NCBI RefSeq assembly: GCF_056712565.1
Contig: NZ_CM160072.1
DNA length: 64,000 bases
Strand: one strand, 5' to 3'
In this document: piece after piece, positions 55,745-64,000 of the stretch
Layout: every line of letters starts with the position of its first letter
Numbering within the stretch: the first letter of the stretch is position 1
Program-made: the position numbers and the translations under genes
The notes under the pieces: model-generated
Told to the model about the DNA's origin: nothing
The model's database searches: none
The model's input: only the letters and a program-made list of their open reading frames with translations

Positions 55745-57313
55745 TTATTTGGTTACCTGATCAAACCAGACCATATCGGCATTCAACCCTTGTTGATACC
55801 CCTGCACATTATCACGCATGACAATTTGCGTTTTGCCTTGATCAATAAAGACATACGGGGAACTACGTTGTAGTTCTTGTTGCATTTTCTTATACAAATC
55901 AAGACGTTTAGTGCTATCAGGTTCAGCGATGGCCGCCAGCGTTTCTTTGTTCAGTTCCGGGATTTTCCAGCCGTTTAACCCGGCAACGGTGCTGGATTTG
56001 CCATCGTTATAGGCGAAAGAGCTGGCGTTGGAATGTGCGTCAAAATAATCAGGCAACCACATACGAATGGCCCCCTGATGCTGGTGGGCGCGAACGCGAG
56101 AGTAGACCTGACTCCCTGCGGCTGGCAGCAAATCAACTTTTACACCGCCCTGAGCAAAGCTGGCCTGAATTGACTGCGCGATGGTAATAAATGGCGGTTT
56201 ATTTTCGACATCAAGCGTGAAGTGCGGGTCTTTGATTCCGGCTTTAGCGAGGATCTCTTTTGCTTTGGCTGGATTAAAGGTAAACGGTGTTTCTTCCAGT
56301 GCTCCAGGAAAGCCCACGGGCAGGAAACTTTGATGGGTAAAATATTGTCCTTTTAAGAGATTTTTGGTGATGCCGTCGTAATCGACCAACCAGCGAGCGG
56401 CCTCCCAGAACGCAGGATTACTCATCAGCGGGTTATCCTTGTTACCGGTATTGAAGGCCAGGTAGTTCTGTTCGGCGGAGGCAATGCTCATCACTTTTAC
56501 GCCAGGTTTACCCTGTAATGCATCGATTTGATCGGCTCCCAGATCACGAGCCATATCAGCATCACCTTGTTGGATCAGCAGGCGACGCGTTGCCGGATCG
56601 GGAACATTTTTGATGATGACGTTTTTCAGTTTCGGGGCGCCGGTTGGTGAGCTGGCGTTGGCTTCCATCACGATGGCCTGATGCGGTTGGTAAGTACGCA
56701 TTTTAAACGCGCCGCTGCCAGCGGAATGCATCTTCAGCCATTCATTACCAAAGTCGTTATTTTTGGCGTTTGGCGCAACCAGCTTCTCGTCAACAATTGA
56801 GGCGATTGGTGTGGAGAGAATATTCAGTGCCAGCGCCGGGCTGACGTCGGCACTCCATTGCACCTGGACGGTATGGTCATCGATTTTCTTCAACTGGCTG
56901 GCGATATTTTCCGGCTGCCATCCCAGCACATTGAGAATAAACGCACCGGATTTATTCAGTGTGACAGCCCGGACATAAGAGTAAATCACATCTTCCGGGC
57001 GTACCGGATTACCAGAGGCAAATTTCGCATCGCTTTTCAGTTTTATGGTTAGCGTTTTGGCTGCGGGGTCAGCCTGCCAACTTTCCGCCAGAATCGGAGT
57101 GATTTTCGTCGGATCATTACGGTCCGGTTGTACTACGCGTTGATACAGACTTGGTACAGTCTGAATACTTGAGAGTTCATTAGCTTCTGCCGGGTCCAGA
57201 CTCACAATATCATCCAGTCCCTGGGCTACAACCAACGTATTAGGCGGTGTAGCGGCAACGGTTGTGGCGGAAATTGTGCTTAAAACCAGTAAAGGTAATA
57301 GTTTTTTAATCAT
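55745..57313 (-). CDS. ABC transporter periplasmic substrate-binding protein, family 5 (NikA/DppA/OppA-like)
   Basis: 522 aa; signal peptide MIKKLLPLLVLSTISATTVAA; size typical of cluster C SBPs. Confidence 0.85.
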   Translation of the reverse strand: MIKKLLPLLVLSTISATTVAATPPNTLVVAQGLDDIVSLDPAEANELSSIQTVPSLYQRVVQPDRNDPTKITPILAESWQADPAAKTLTIKLKSDAKFASGNPVRPEDVIYSYVRAVTLNKSGAFILNVLGWQPENIASQLKKIDDHTVQVQWSADVSPALALNILSTPIASIVDEKLVAPNAKNNDFGNEWLKMHSAGSGAFKMRTYQPHQAIVMEANASSPTGAPKLKNVIIKNVPDPATRRLLIQQGDADMARDLGADQIDALQGKPGVKVMSIASAEQNYLAFNTGNKDNPLMSNPAFWEAARWLVDYDGITKNLLKGQYFTHQSFLPVGFPGALEETPFTFNPAKAKEILAKAGIKDPHFTLDVENKPPFITIAQSIQASFAQGGVKVDLLPAAGSQVYSRVRAHQHQGAIRMWLPDYFDAHSNASSFAYNDGKSSTVAGLNGWKIPELNKETLAAIAEPDSTKRLDLYKKMQQELQRSSPYVFIDQGKTQIVMRDNVQGYQQGLNADMVWFDQVTK

Positions 57314-57601
57314 ATGCTTCCCAATCCCTGAAATTACTTTGAGGTTATTAATATGCTATCAGACGGGGTTTCGCTGCATTAATCGCGCCAGAATATCCCG
57401 TTAATAGAACGAGTTAAACGGTCGATGATTTCTCACCTTACCGAAATTTTGTTTATCAAATGTAAAGTATTATTACGTTAGGCCGCGATGAGAATTGAGT
57501 AAAGATAATTCTCATTTGCAATCGTGACTGGAATAGAAGAACAACCGAGAAGACGTCGCTAATAACCAGGATGGGCTGGTTTGACTGCGCAGGTATGTAT
57601 A

Positions 57602-57635
57602 AAAAAATCCGGAAACAGAGAGTCGTTTCCGGATT
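57602..57635 (-). terminator. rho-independent terminator of fdhF
   Basis: ATCCGGAAAC-(8 nt)-GTTTCCGGAT with a 7-A run on the plus strand (U-tract on the minus-strand transcript), 53 nt after the fdhF stop. Confidence 0.7.
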
Positions 57636-57687
57636 GATACAAAGGCGTTGGGTAATATCGCCGCTTTTAACGTGAGTTTACGCGGTA

Positions 57688-59835
57688 TTACGCCAGTGCC
57701 GCTTCGCGCAGGCGAGTTTTCAACTTGTTGTACTCGTCAATCACGTACTGCTCGGCGGCGCGCTGATCGGCGATCGGCTCGACGCGCACGGCGCAGTATT
57801 TGTATTCCGGCGTTTTCGTAATCGGGCTTAAGTTTTCGGTCACCAGCTCGTTACAGGCACCAATCCACCACTGGTAGGTCATGTAAATCGCCCCTTTGTT
57901 CGGACGATCGCTGACCTGCGCACGGGTGATAATTTTGCCTTTACGCGAGTGCACCCAAACCAATGCCTCATCTTCAATACCCAGACGTTTGGCGTCTTCG
58001 GTATTGATTTGTGCGTAGCCAGGTTCATCAGCCAGCGCCGCCAGTGCCGCACAGTTACCGGTCATCGAACGGCAAGAGTAGTGACCAACTTCACGCACCG
58101 TTGACAGTACCATCGGGTACTCGTCGGTGAGTTTGTCGATTGGCGCTACCCAGTCGCAGGTGAAGAACTGCGCCAGACCGTTCGGGGTATCAAACTTCTC
58201 TTTAAACAGATAAGAAGTCCCCTGATCGGCATCTGAAGTATCGCGGCAAGGCCACTGAATGAAGCCCAGTTCGCCCATTTTCTCGTAAGTCGCACCGTAG
58301 AAATCCGGGCACAGATGACGCAACTCGTCCCAGATCTCCTGGGTGTTGTTGTAGTGCATCGGATAACCCATACGAGTGGCAATTTCACTGATGATTTGCC
58401 AGTCCGTTTTCAGATCCCACTTCGGCTCAACCGCCTTGAAGAAACGCTGGAAGCCACGGTCAGCCGCAGTAAACACGCCTTCATGCTCGCCCCACGACGT
58501 TGACGGTAAAATGACATCCGCCGCCGACGCGGTTTTGGTCATAAAGATGTCCTGAACGATAACCAGTTCCAGATCTTCAAAGGCTTTACGTACTGCCGAC
58601 AGTTCCGCGTCAGTTTGCAGCGGATCTTCGCCCATAATGTACGCCGCTCTCACTTCACCATGCGCCACGCGGTGCGGCAGCTCGCTGATACGATAACCGG
58701 TATGAGCAGGCAGGCTTTCCACGCCCCAGGCTTTGGCAAATTTCTCGCGGTTAGCCGGATCTTTCACGTACTGATAGCCCGGATACGTATCCGGCAGCGC
58801 GCCCATATCGCAGGCACCCTGCACGTTGTTCTGACCACGAACCGGGTTTACACCCGCATGTGGCTTACCGAGGTTACCGGTCAGCATCGCGAGGCTGGTC
58901 AGAGAACGCACGGTTTCCACGCCCTGATAGAACTGGGTTACCCCCATGCCCCACAGGATGGCGGCGCTTTCCGCCTGGGCATACATCCGCGCCGCCTGAC
59001 GAATCTCACTGGCGCTGACGCCGGTGATATCTTCAACCGACTCCGGCGTGTAGCCTTCAACGATTTTACGATACTCTTCAAAGCCTTCTGTACGGGAAGC
59101 GACGAACGCTTTGTCGTACAGATTTTCTTCAATAATGACATGGCCCATCGCATTCAACAGCGCGATGTTCGAGCCGTTTTTCAATGCAATGTGCATGTCA
59201 GCAATGCGCGCGGTTTCAATTTTACGCGGATCGCAGACGATAATTTTCGCCCCGTTACGTTTAGCGTTAATTACGTGATTCGCCACGATTGGGTGGGAAT
59301 CCGCCGGGTTATACCCGAAAACGAACACTAAATCGGTATTATCAATTTCGTTAATAGCATTGCTCATTGCGCCATTACCGACCGATTGGTGCAGACCTGC
59401 AACCGATGGGCCGTGTCAGACACGAGCGCAGCAGTCAACGTTATTGGTACCAATAACGGCGCGCGCAAATTTTTGCATTACATAGTTGGTTTCGTTACCC
59501 GTACCGCGCGAGGAGCCGGTCGTCTGGATGGCATCCGGACCGTACTTCTCTTTGATGGCGCTCAGGCGCTCGGCAACGTAATTCAGTGCCTCATCCCAGG
59601 AAACAGGTTCGAGTTTGCCGCCACGCTGGCGACGGATCATGGGGGTTTTCAGGCGCGGGGTCAGGATCTGGGTATCGTTAATGAAGTCCCAGCCATAATA
59701 ACCCTTCAGACACAGGGTACCCTGGTTGGTTTTCCCCTGCGCTGCCTCCGCCCGGACGATTTTGCCGTTATCGACGACCAGGTTGATTTTGCAACCTGAT
59801 GCGCAATAGGGGCAAACCGTGACGACTTTTTTCAT
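57688..59835 (-). CDS. fdhF: formate dehydrogenase H (selenocysteine- and molybdopterin-containing), with in-frame UGA Sec codon at 59416-59418
   Basis: ORF-track ORFs 59416-59835 (139 aa, ...VDCCARV) and 57688-59367 are in the same frame, separated only by TGA; joined product is 715 aa reading ...CARV-U-HGPSV...; N-terminal 4Fe-4S motif CPYCASGC. Confidence 0.95.
59375..59418 (-). other. UGA(Sec140) codon and immediately downstream SECIS region of fdhF mRNA
   Basis: Position of the in-frame TGA read directly; SECIS extent (about 40 nt 3' of the UGA) is placed from knowledge of fdhF, not folded here. Confidence 0.7.
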
Positions 59836-59886
59836 CGGTCTCGCTCCAGTTAATCAAATCACGCATACGCGCTCTCGACTACAGTA

Positions 59887-59902
59887 TGCATCTTTTATGC
59901 CA
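59887..59902 (-). promoter_or_regulatory. sigma-54 promoter of fdhF (FhlA-dependent)
   Basis: Minus strand reads TGGCATAAAAGATGCA (GG-N10-GC), about 50 nt upstream of the fdhF ATG. Confidence 0.8.
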
Positions 59903-60001
59903 CATTTTATTTGGGGTCATTCCCTGATATTACGGGCACTATTTATTCAAAACTCTGACGAAAAACAGGCTGTCGTCAGTTTTGACGTGACGAAACGAAA
60001 T

Positions 60002-60025
60002 ACCGCGTGACAGCCATCACGCGGT
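60002..60025. terminator. stem-loop downstream of mdtP
   Basis: ACCGCGTGA-CAGCCA-TCACGCGGT, 9-bp stem, 8 nt after the mdtP stop. Confidence 0.45.
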
Positions 60026-60032
60026 AGACATT

Positions 60033-61499
60033 TTATTTTTTCTCGACGATGGGAGCCGCCTGATACCCGCCGCCCAGCGATTTCATCAACTGAATGCTTT
60101 GGATCACCCGGCGGCTGTCCAGCATCAGTAATGACATCTCTTCGGCAAGCACTGGCAACCGGGCTTCGGTGGCCTGTAAGCGGCTGGTTAAGCCGCGCTG
60201 ATAGGCGGCCTCGGCTGCGCGCTGGGTGAAGCGCGTTGCTTCTACGCGTTCAGCCTGCATCTCTCGCTCGTCGTTGAGCGTTTGCAGACGTGTGCCGTTG
60301 ACGGCAACGTCACGCACCGCGTTCAGTACTGACTGGTTGTAACGTTCAATCATCATGTTGCTGGCGGCGCGAGTGCCTTCGAGATTGGCATTCAACCGTC
60401 CACCGTCAAACAGCGGCAATTTCAGACCCGGGATGAAGTTGAACTGGCGACTGGTTTTTTTGAATAAGGTATCCAGGTGGATGGAGTCCAGACCGAAAAA
60501 CGCTTTGATATCAAAGCTCGGGTAGAACAGCGCCCGCGCGGAATCCACCTGATCTAATGACGCCTGAACATACCAGCGCATGGCTTGCAGATCCGGGCGT
60601 CTGGCGAGCAACTCATAAGAGAGCGTTGCCGGAATGCCGGTCTGTACTCGTGGTAATGCCACCGGTTTGATCTCCGGCATATCGCTGGCTCCCGCGCCAA
60701 TCAATGCACGCAGAGATTCTCGCGTTTCAGTGATTTGCCCTTTGACGGCAGCAATTTGTTTATCGACCGCCAGAATCTGTGCCCGCGCGCCGTGGAAAGG
60801 CACTTGCGCTTCCAGACCGTGCGCCACTTTACTCTGGTGCGCTTTCACCGCGTAATCAATCACATCGCGAGTTTGTTCTAACAGATCGAGCATCTGATAG
60901 CTGGCCTGCATACTGTAATAAAGCTGCGCTACGCCCGTGGTCAGCGATAGCTCTACTGCTGCGGTTTCTGCCAGCGCGGCATTATGCGCGCCAATGGCGG
61001 CAGCAACCGCTGAGCGATGCACACCCCACAAATCGAGATCCAGTCCGGCAAACAAACCGACTGTGGCTTCCGTATAGTACGGCCCGTCCATACCCAGTGC
61101 TGGCGCATCCATCGCATAAGGGCTTAAAAAGCCGTTCGCCGAGACGCGTTGGCGGTTGAGCATCCCTAACGCTGCGACCTGTAATTGTGAACCGGCATCT
61201 AACAAATCGGCCTGGGACTGCGCTTTTTCTTCCCGCAGTTTCGCTTCGGCGAGGGTGTGTGAACCACTTAGCGTCCGTTGGATCAGCGCATCCAGCTGCG
61301 GGTCATTGAGTTGTTTCCACCACTGCGCCTGCGGCCAGCCGGAGCTGGCAAGATGAATATCATCGGCCAGTTTGATTTGTTCCGGTTTGAGCTGTTGATG
61401 AGGCGCAGAATCCTTACGTACCAGGGCACAGCCGGAAATCAGCGTCGTGCTGCCGAGAATGCTGCACAACAGCAGACGTGAAAGTTGACGATTGATCAT
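60033..61499 (-). CDS. mdtP: outer-membrane efflux lipoprotein (NodT family)
   Basis: 488 aa; lipobox LISGC; conserved position. Confidence 0.9.
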   Translation of the reverse strand: MINRQLSRLLLCSILGSTTLISGCALVRKDSAPHQQLKPEQIKLADDIHLASSGWPQAQWWKQLNDPQLDALIQRTLSGSHTLAEAKLREEKAQSQADLLDAGSQLQVAALGMLNRQRVSANGFLSPYAMDAPALGMDGPYYTEATVGLFAGLDLDLWGVHRSAVAAAIGAHNAALAETAAVELSLTTGVAQLYYSMQASYQMLDLLEQTRDVIDYAVKAHQSKVAHGLEAQVPFHGARAQILAVDKQIAAVKGQITETRESLRALIGAGASDMPEIKPVALPRVQTGIPATLSYELLARRPDLQAMRWYVQASLDQVDSARALFYPSFDIKAFFGLDSIHLDTLFKKTSRQFNFIPGLKLPLFDGGRLNANLEGTRAASNMMIERYNQSVLNAVRDVAVNGTRLQTLNDEREMQAERVEATRFTQRAAEAAYQRGLTSRLQATEARLPVLAEEMSLLMLDSRRVIQSIQLMKSLGGGYQAAPIVEKK

Positions 61500-63547
61500 T
61501 GCGTGGCTCCTTGTGCCTGTTCCGTGGCGGGCGTTAATGCCGGAGCTGTCCAGTCTGGCAAGCGGGCGAAAAGCTGGCAGACGTGTTGCTCCTGTTTTAA
61601 TAAGGTGGGCAGGATGGCCTGCGAGGCGGGTGTTTCTTCAAGCGTTATTTGAGGAGAACGGCTGAGTGCGGTTGCCAGACCGGCAGCGTATTTCTCCAGG
61701 GCGTCGGCAAACTGACCTGCTCTGTCCGGCTGTAGTGCGTTATCCAGCGCCTGCGCCGAGTTCCAGGTGGCATCCCAGGCGTGAAGAATATCGCGGCCCT
61801 GACGAATAACCGTTTGCGAACGTTCAATCAGTAATGCGCGTTCTTCGCTGTCCAGTTGACGCTCCAGCACCACGCGTTGGCACATCTCTTCACAGGCATT
61901 AAACGCCGCATGCAGACCTATGCGAATTTGCAGATAAGTGCGCAGAGCCGTGACTTCCTGCTGGCGTGGGATCCGCATTACTTTACTCAACATACCCAGC
62001 GCGCCAGCCAGTTTTTGCGGCAGCGTGCGCGCTTCGCTTTCAGGCCAGACAAAGGTGTAAATCACCGCGGACACCACGGTACCAATGATGATACCCAGAG
62101 CGCGATCGCGAATTTCCACCAGGTCGTACACCGGGCCAAAAACGTTTTCGAGCGTGGCGAGCGCGAAGGTGACCACCATCTGTGTGCCGATATAAGAAGA
62201 GCGTTCAGAGCTGGTGGCAATCCATGCGCCCAACAGGAAAATCGGTGCCAGCACAAACAGCAATTCGACAATATTGTCCAGCCAGGGCATGACCAGTAGC
62301 GTGAATAACAGTGCCAGAATCGCGCCGCAAAAGGCCCCACCAAAACGCAGCACCATCTTCTGGTACGACGAACCGACATTTGGATTAGCGACGATCACGC
62401 AGGTCAGCATACAGGTGTGAATGCCTTCCCAGTCCACGCCGCTGTAGAAGGTGTAACAGATCAAACAGGCGAGCAGCGTTTTTACCGCGTAGCGCATATA
62501 GTCTGGATTGGTAAAAGCATCGGCGACCATTGATGGCGGTTTGGCTGCGGGCGTTGGCGGCGTATTCGGGTCCATCTGACCAAGCTGTAACAGCGTCTGG
62601 CAGATATTCTCCAGGTTACATTCCCGTGCCGCCATCGCTTCACTTTCACTGATCCGCCAGTCGCTTTGCCAGCACTGACCTTCGGCAATGGTATGTTGCA
62701 GCTTGTTGATTTCTGAGACTAATTTTTGCCGAAATTCAATAATTGCCTGAGAATCAGCAAAAGAGGTGGGATCGTAGCGATTCAGCGTCGAGTAAATGTA
62801 GGTTACCGTTGCCACGCAGCTTTGCCACCATGCGCTCTGGGTTCGCCAGTTGGCATCATCCGCGAGGCAAAAGACATTGAGTTTTTGCAGCGCCAGCGCC
62901 TCTCTTTCAATCCGCGTTTCGGGTAGCGGTGCGAGGCTGTCCGTCAGGTGGCTAATGGCATCATCAAGCCGATCATTAAGCGCCTGATGCATCTGCGTAA
63001 TGGCACGACTGGGAAACCACAGCACGCCGATTAACGTCATCAGCAAGGTTGGATAGAGGCCAACAACGATACACCACAGCGTTAAGCGCACGACCACTTC
63101 CGGATAGTCGAGCATGGCGGGGAAGGTTTGCCCGTAAATAGCGACAATGGCGACGGCGAAAAAGACCAGTCCCAGCCGATGGGTGCGCATCAAAAACATG
63201 CAGCCCATCAGGATCGGCCCGGCGATGATCAATCGGATCAACGGTTCGCCATATGACCATTTGTAGATCAAAAACAGGCTGCCGATCTCCAGCACCGTGG
63301 CAACCACAAACAAGATCGCGACAAATTTGGTGTAAAACGCGTTCGACTGAATACCGTAAAACAGCACTGCCAGTGATAACGCCACAAAAGGGATCTCAAA
63401 AGTCATCGAGATCAGAATCACCAGCAGGCAGCCTACCCAGAGTTGCATAGTCTGTGGCACGCGCCCTGGTCGCCGCTCGCTTAACTCTTCATGAAAGAAC
63501 GCCAGCAGCCTGACCACCGGTAATGGCAGGGAGTTGAGCGCGCTCAT
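61496..63547 (-). CDS. mdtO: putative efflux pump membrane protein (FUSC/aromatic acid exporter family)
   Basis: 683 aa; ATGA overlaps with both mdtP and mdtN. Confidence 0.9.
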   Translation of the reverse strand: MSALNSLPLPVVRLLAFFHEELSERRPGRVPQTMQLWVGCLLVILISMTFEIPFVALSLAVLFYGIQSNAFYTKFVAILFVVATVLEIGSLFLIYKWSYGEPLIRLIIAGPILMGCMFLMRTHRLGLVFFAVAIVAIYGQTFPAMLDYPEVVVRLTLWCIVVGLYPTLLMTLIGVLWFPSRAITQMHQALNDRLDDAISHLTDSLAPLPETRIEREALALQKLNVFCLADDANWRTQSAWWQSCVATVTYIYSTLNRYDPTSFADSQAIIEFRQKLVSEINKLQHTIAEGQCWQSDWRISESEAMAARECNLENICQTLLQLGQMDPNTPPTPAAKPPSMVADAFTNPDYMRYAVKTLLACLICYTFYSGVDWEGIHTCMLTCVIVANPNVGSSYQKMVLRFGGAFCGAILALLFTLLVMPWLDNIVELLFVLAPIFLLGAWIATSSERSSYIGTQMVVTFALATLENVFGPVYDLVEIRDRALGIIIGTVVSAVIYTFVWPESEARTLPQKLAGALGMLSKVMRIPRQQEVTALRTYLQIRIGLHAAFNACEEMCQRVVLERQLDSEERALLIERSQTVIRQGRDILHAWDATWNSAQALDNALQPDRAGQFADALEKYAAGLATALSRSPQITLEETPASQAILPTLLKQEQHVCQLFARLPDWTAPALTPATEQAQGATQ

Positions 63548-64000
63548 TATTGTGGCTCAAGATTAGCGACTGCCGAAGCGCCGATGCGGAACATTTCCGG
63601 GTCAGGTTTATCAACCATGATTTTGACCGGAAAACGCTGGGCAACGCGGACCCAGTTAATAGACCGTGACACTTTCGGCAGGCCGCCCAGCACCAGGCCG
63701 CCGTCATCCGGTAGCACGCCGTAGCCAATCGAATCCACTTTACCCTCGAAGGTTTTGCCGCTGTCGCTCATCAGGCGAATGGTTGCGAGTGTACCCGAGC
63801 GAATATTTTTCAGATCAGTTTCGCGGAAGTTGGCAATCACGTACCAGTGACGAGTGTCGATTAGAGTGAAAATAGGGCGCATCGCAGATGCAAACTGCCC
63901 GACGGAGGTTTTGAGGGAAATGACCCGGCCATCAAACGGCGCGCGAACGGTCGCCATTTCCAGATGCAGTTTCGTCAACGCAATATCCGCTTCGACTGCC
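63547..64000 (-). CDS. mdtN: membrane fusion protein (HlyD family), C-terminal part only; N-terminus beyond window end
   Basis: Open reading frame continues to the window edge; ORF-track entry 63547-63978 begins at an internal Met. Confidence 0.85.
   Translation of the reverse strand, partial: AVEADIALTKLHLEMATVRAPFDGRVISLKTSVGQFASAMRPIFTLIDTRHWYVIANFRETDLKNIRSGTLATIRLMSDSGKTFEGKVDSIGYGVLPDDGGLVLGGLPKVSRSINWVRVAQRFPVKIMVDKPDPEMFRIGASAVANLEPQ

Noticed and set aside
59950-60000. FhlA upstream activating sequence for fdhF
   Set aside because: Expected about 100 bp upstream of the sigma-54 promoter, but I could not recognise a convincing inverted repeat by eye; left unannotated.

Overview
This window is an Escherichia coli chromosomal segment colinear with the K-12 backbone dnaB-alr-tyrB-aphA-yjbQ-yjbR-uvrA-ssb-yjcB-pdeC-soxS-soxR-ghxP-yjcE-actP-yjcH-acs-nrfABCDEFG-gltP-yjcO-fdhF-mdtP-mdtO-mdtN. 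Core proteins match my recollection of the K-12 products in length and sequence. Five gene blocks interrupt this backbone that, as far as I recall, K-12 lacks: (1) 1-4971, an MHS transporter, crotonase and YdiF/Pct-type CoA-transferase operon with a divergent LacI-family regulator, directly upstream of dnaB; (2) 7614-9166, a linked PnuC-like transporter and HTH-less NadR-like enzyme between alr and tyrB; (3) 10442-24292, a second 2-oxoglutarate dehydrogenase complex, succinyl-CoA synthetase, anion transporter, Ldh_2 dehydrogenase and a sigma-54 two-component system, which matches the alpha-ketoglutarate utilization island (KguS/KguR) described in uropathogenic E. coli; (4) 36543-38623, a LysR regulator divergent from an LrgA/LrgB-like pair where K-12 has yjcF; (5) 52243-57313, a five-gene Nik/Opp-family ABC importer between yjcO and fdhF. 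No block carries an integrase, transposase, tRNA or obvious flanking repeat. I saw no rRNA, tRNA, CRISPR array, IS element or prophage. The candidates I consider most likely to be under-described are blocks 1, 2, 4 and 5; block 3 is known. All homology statements are from reading the translations, not from a database search.
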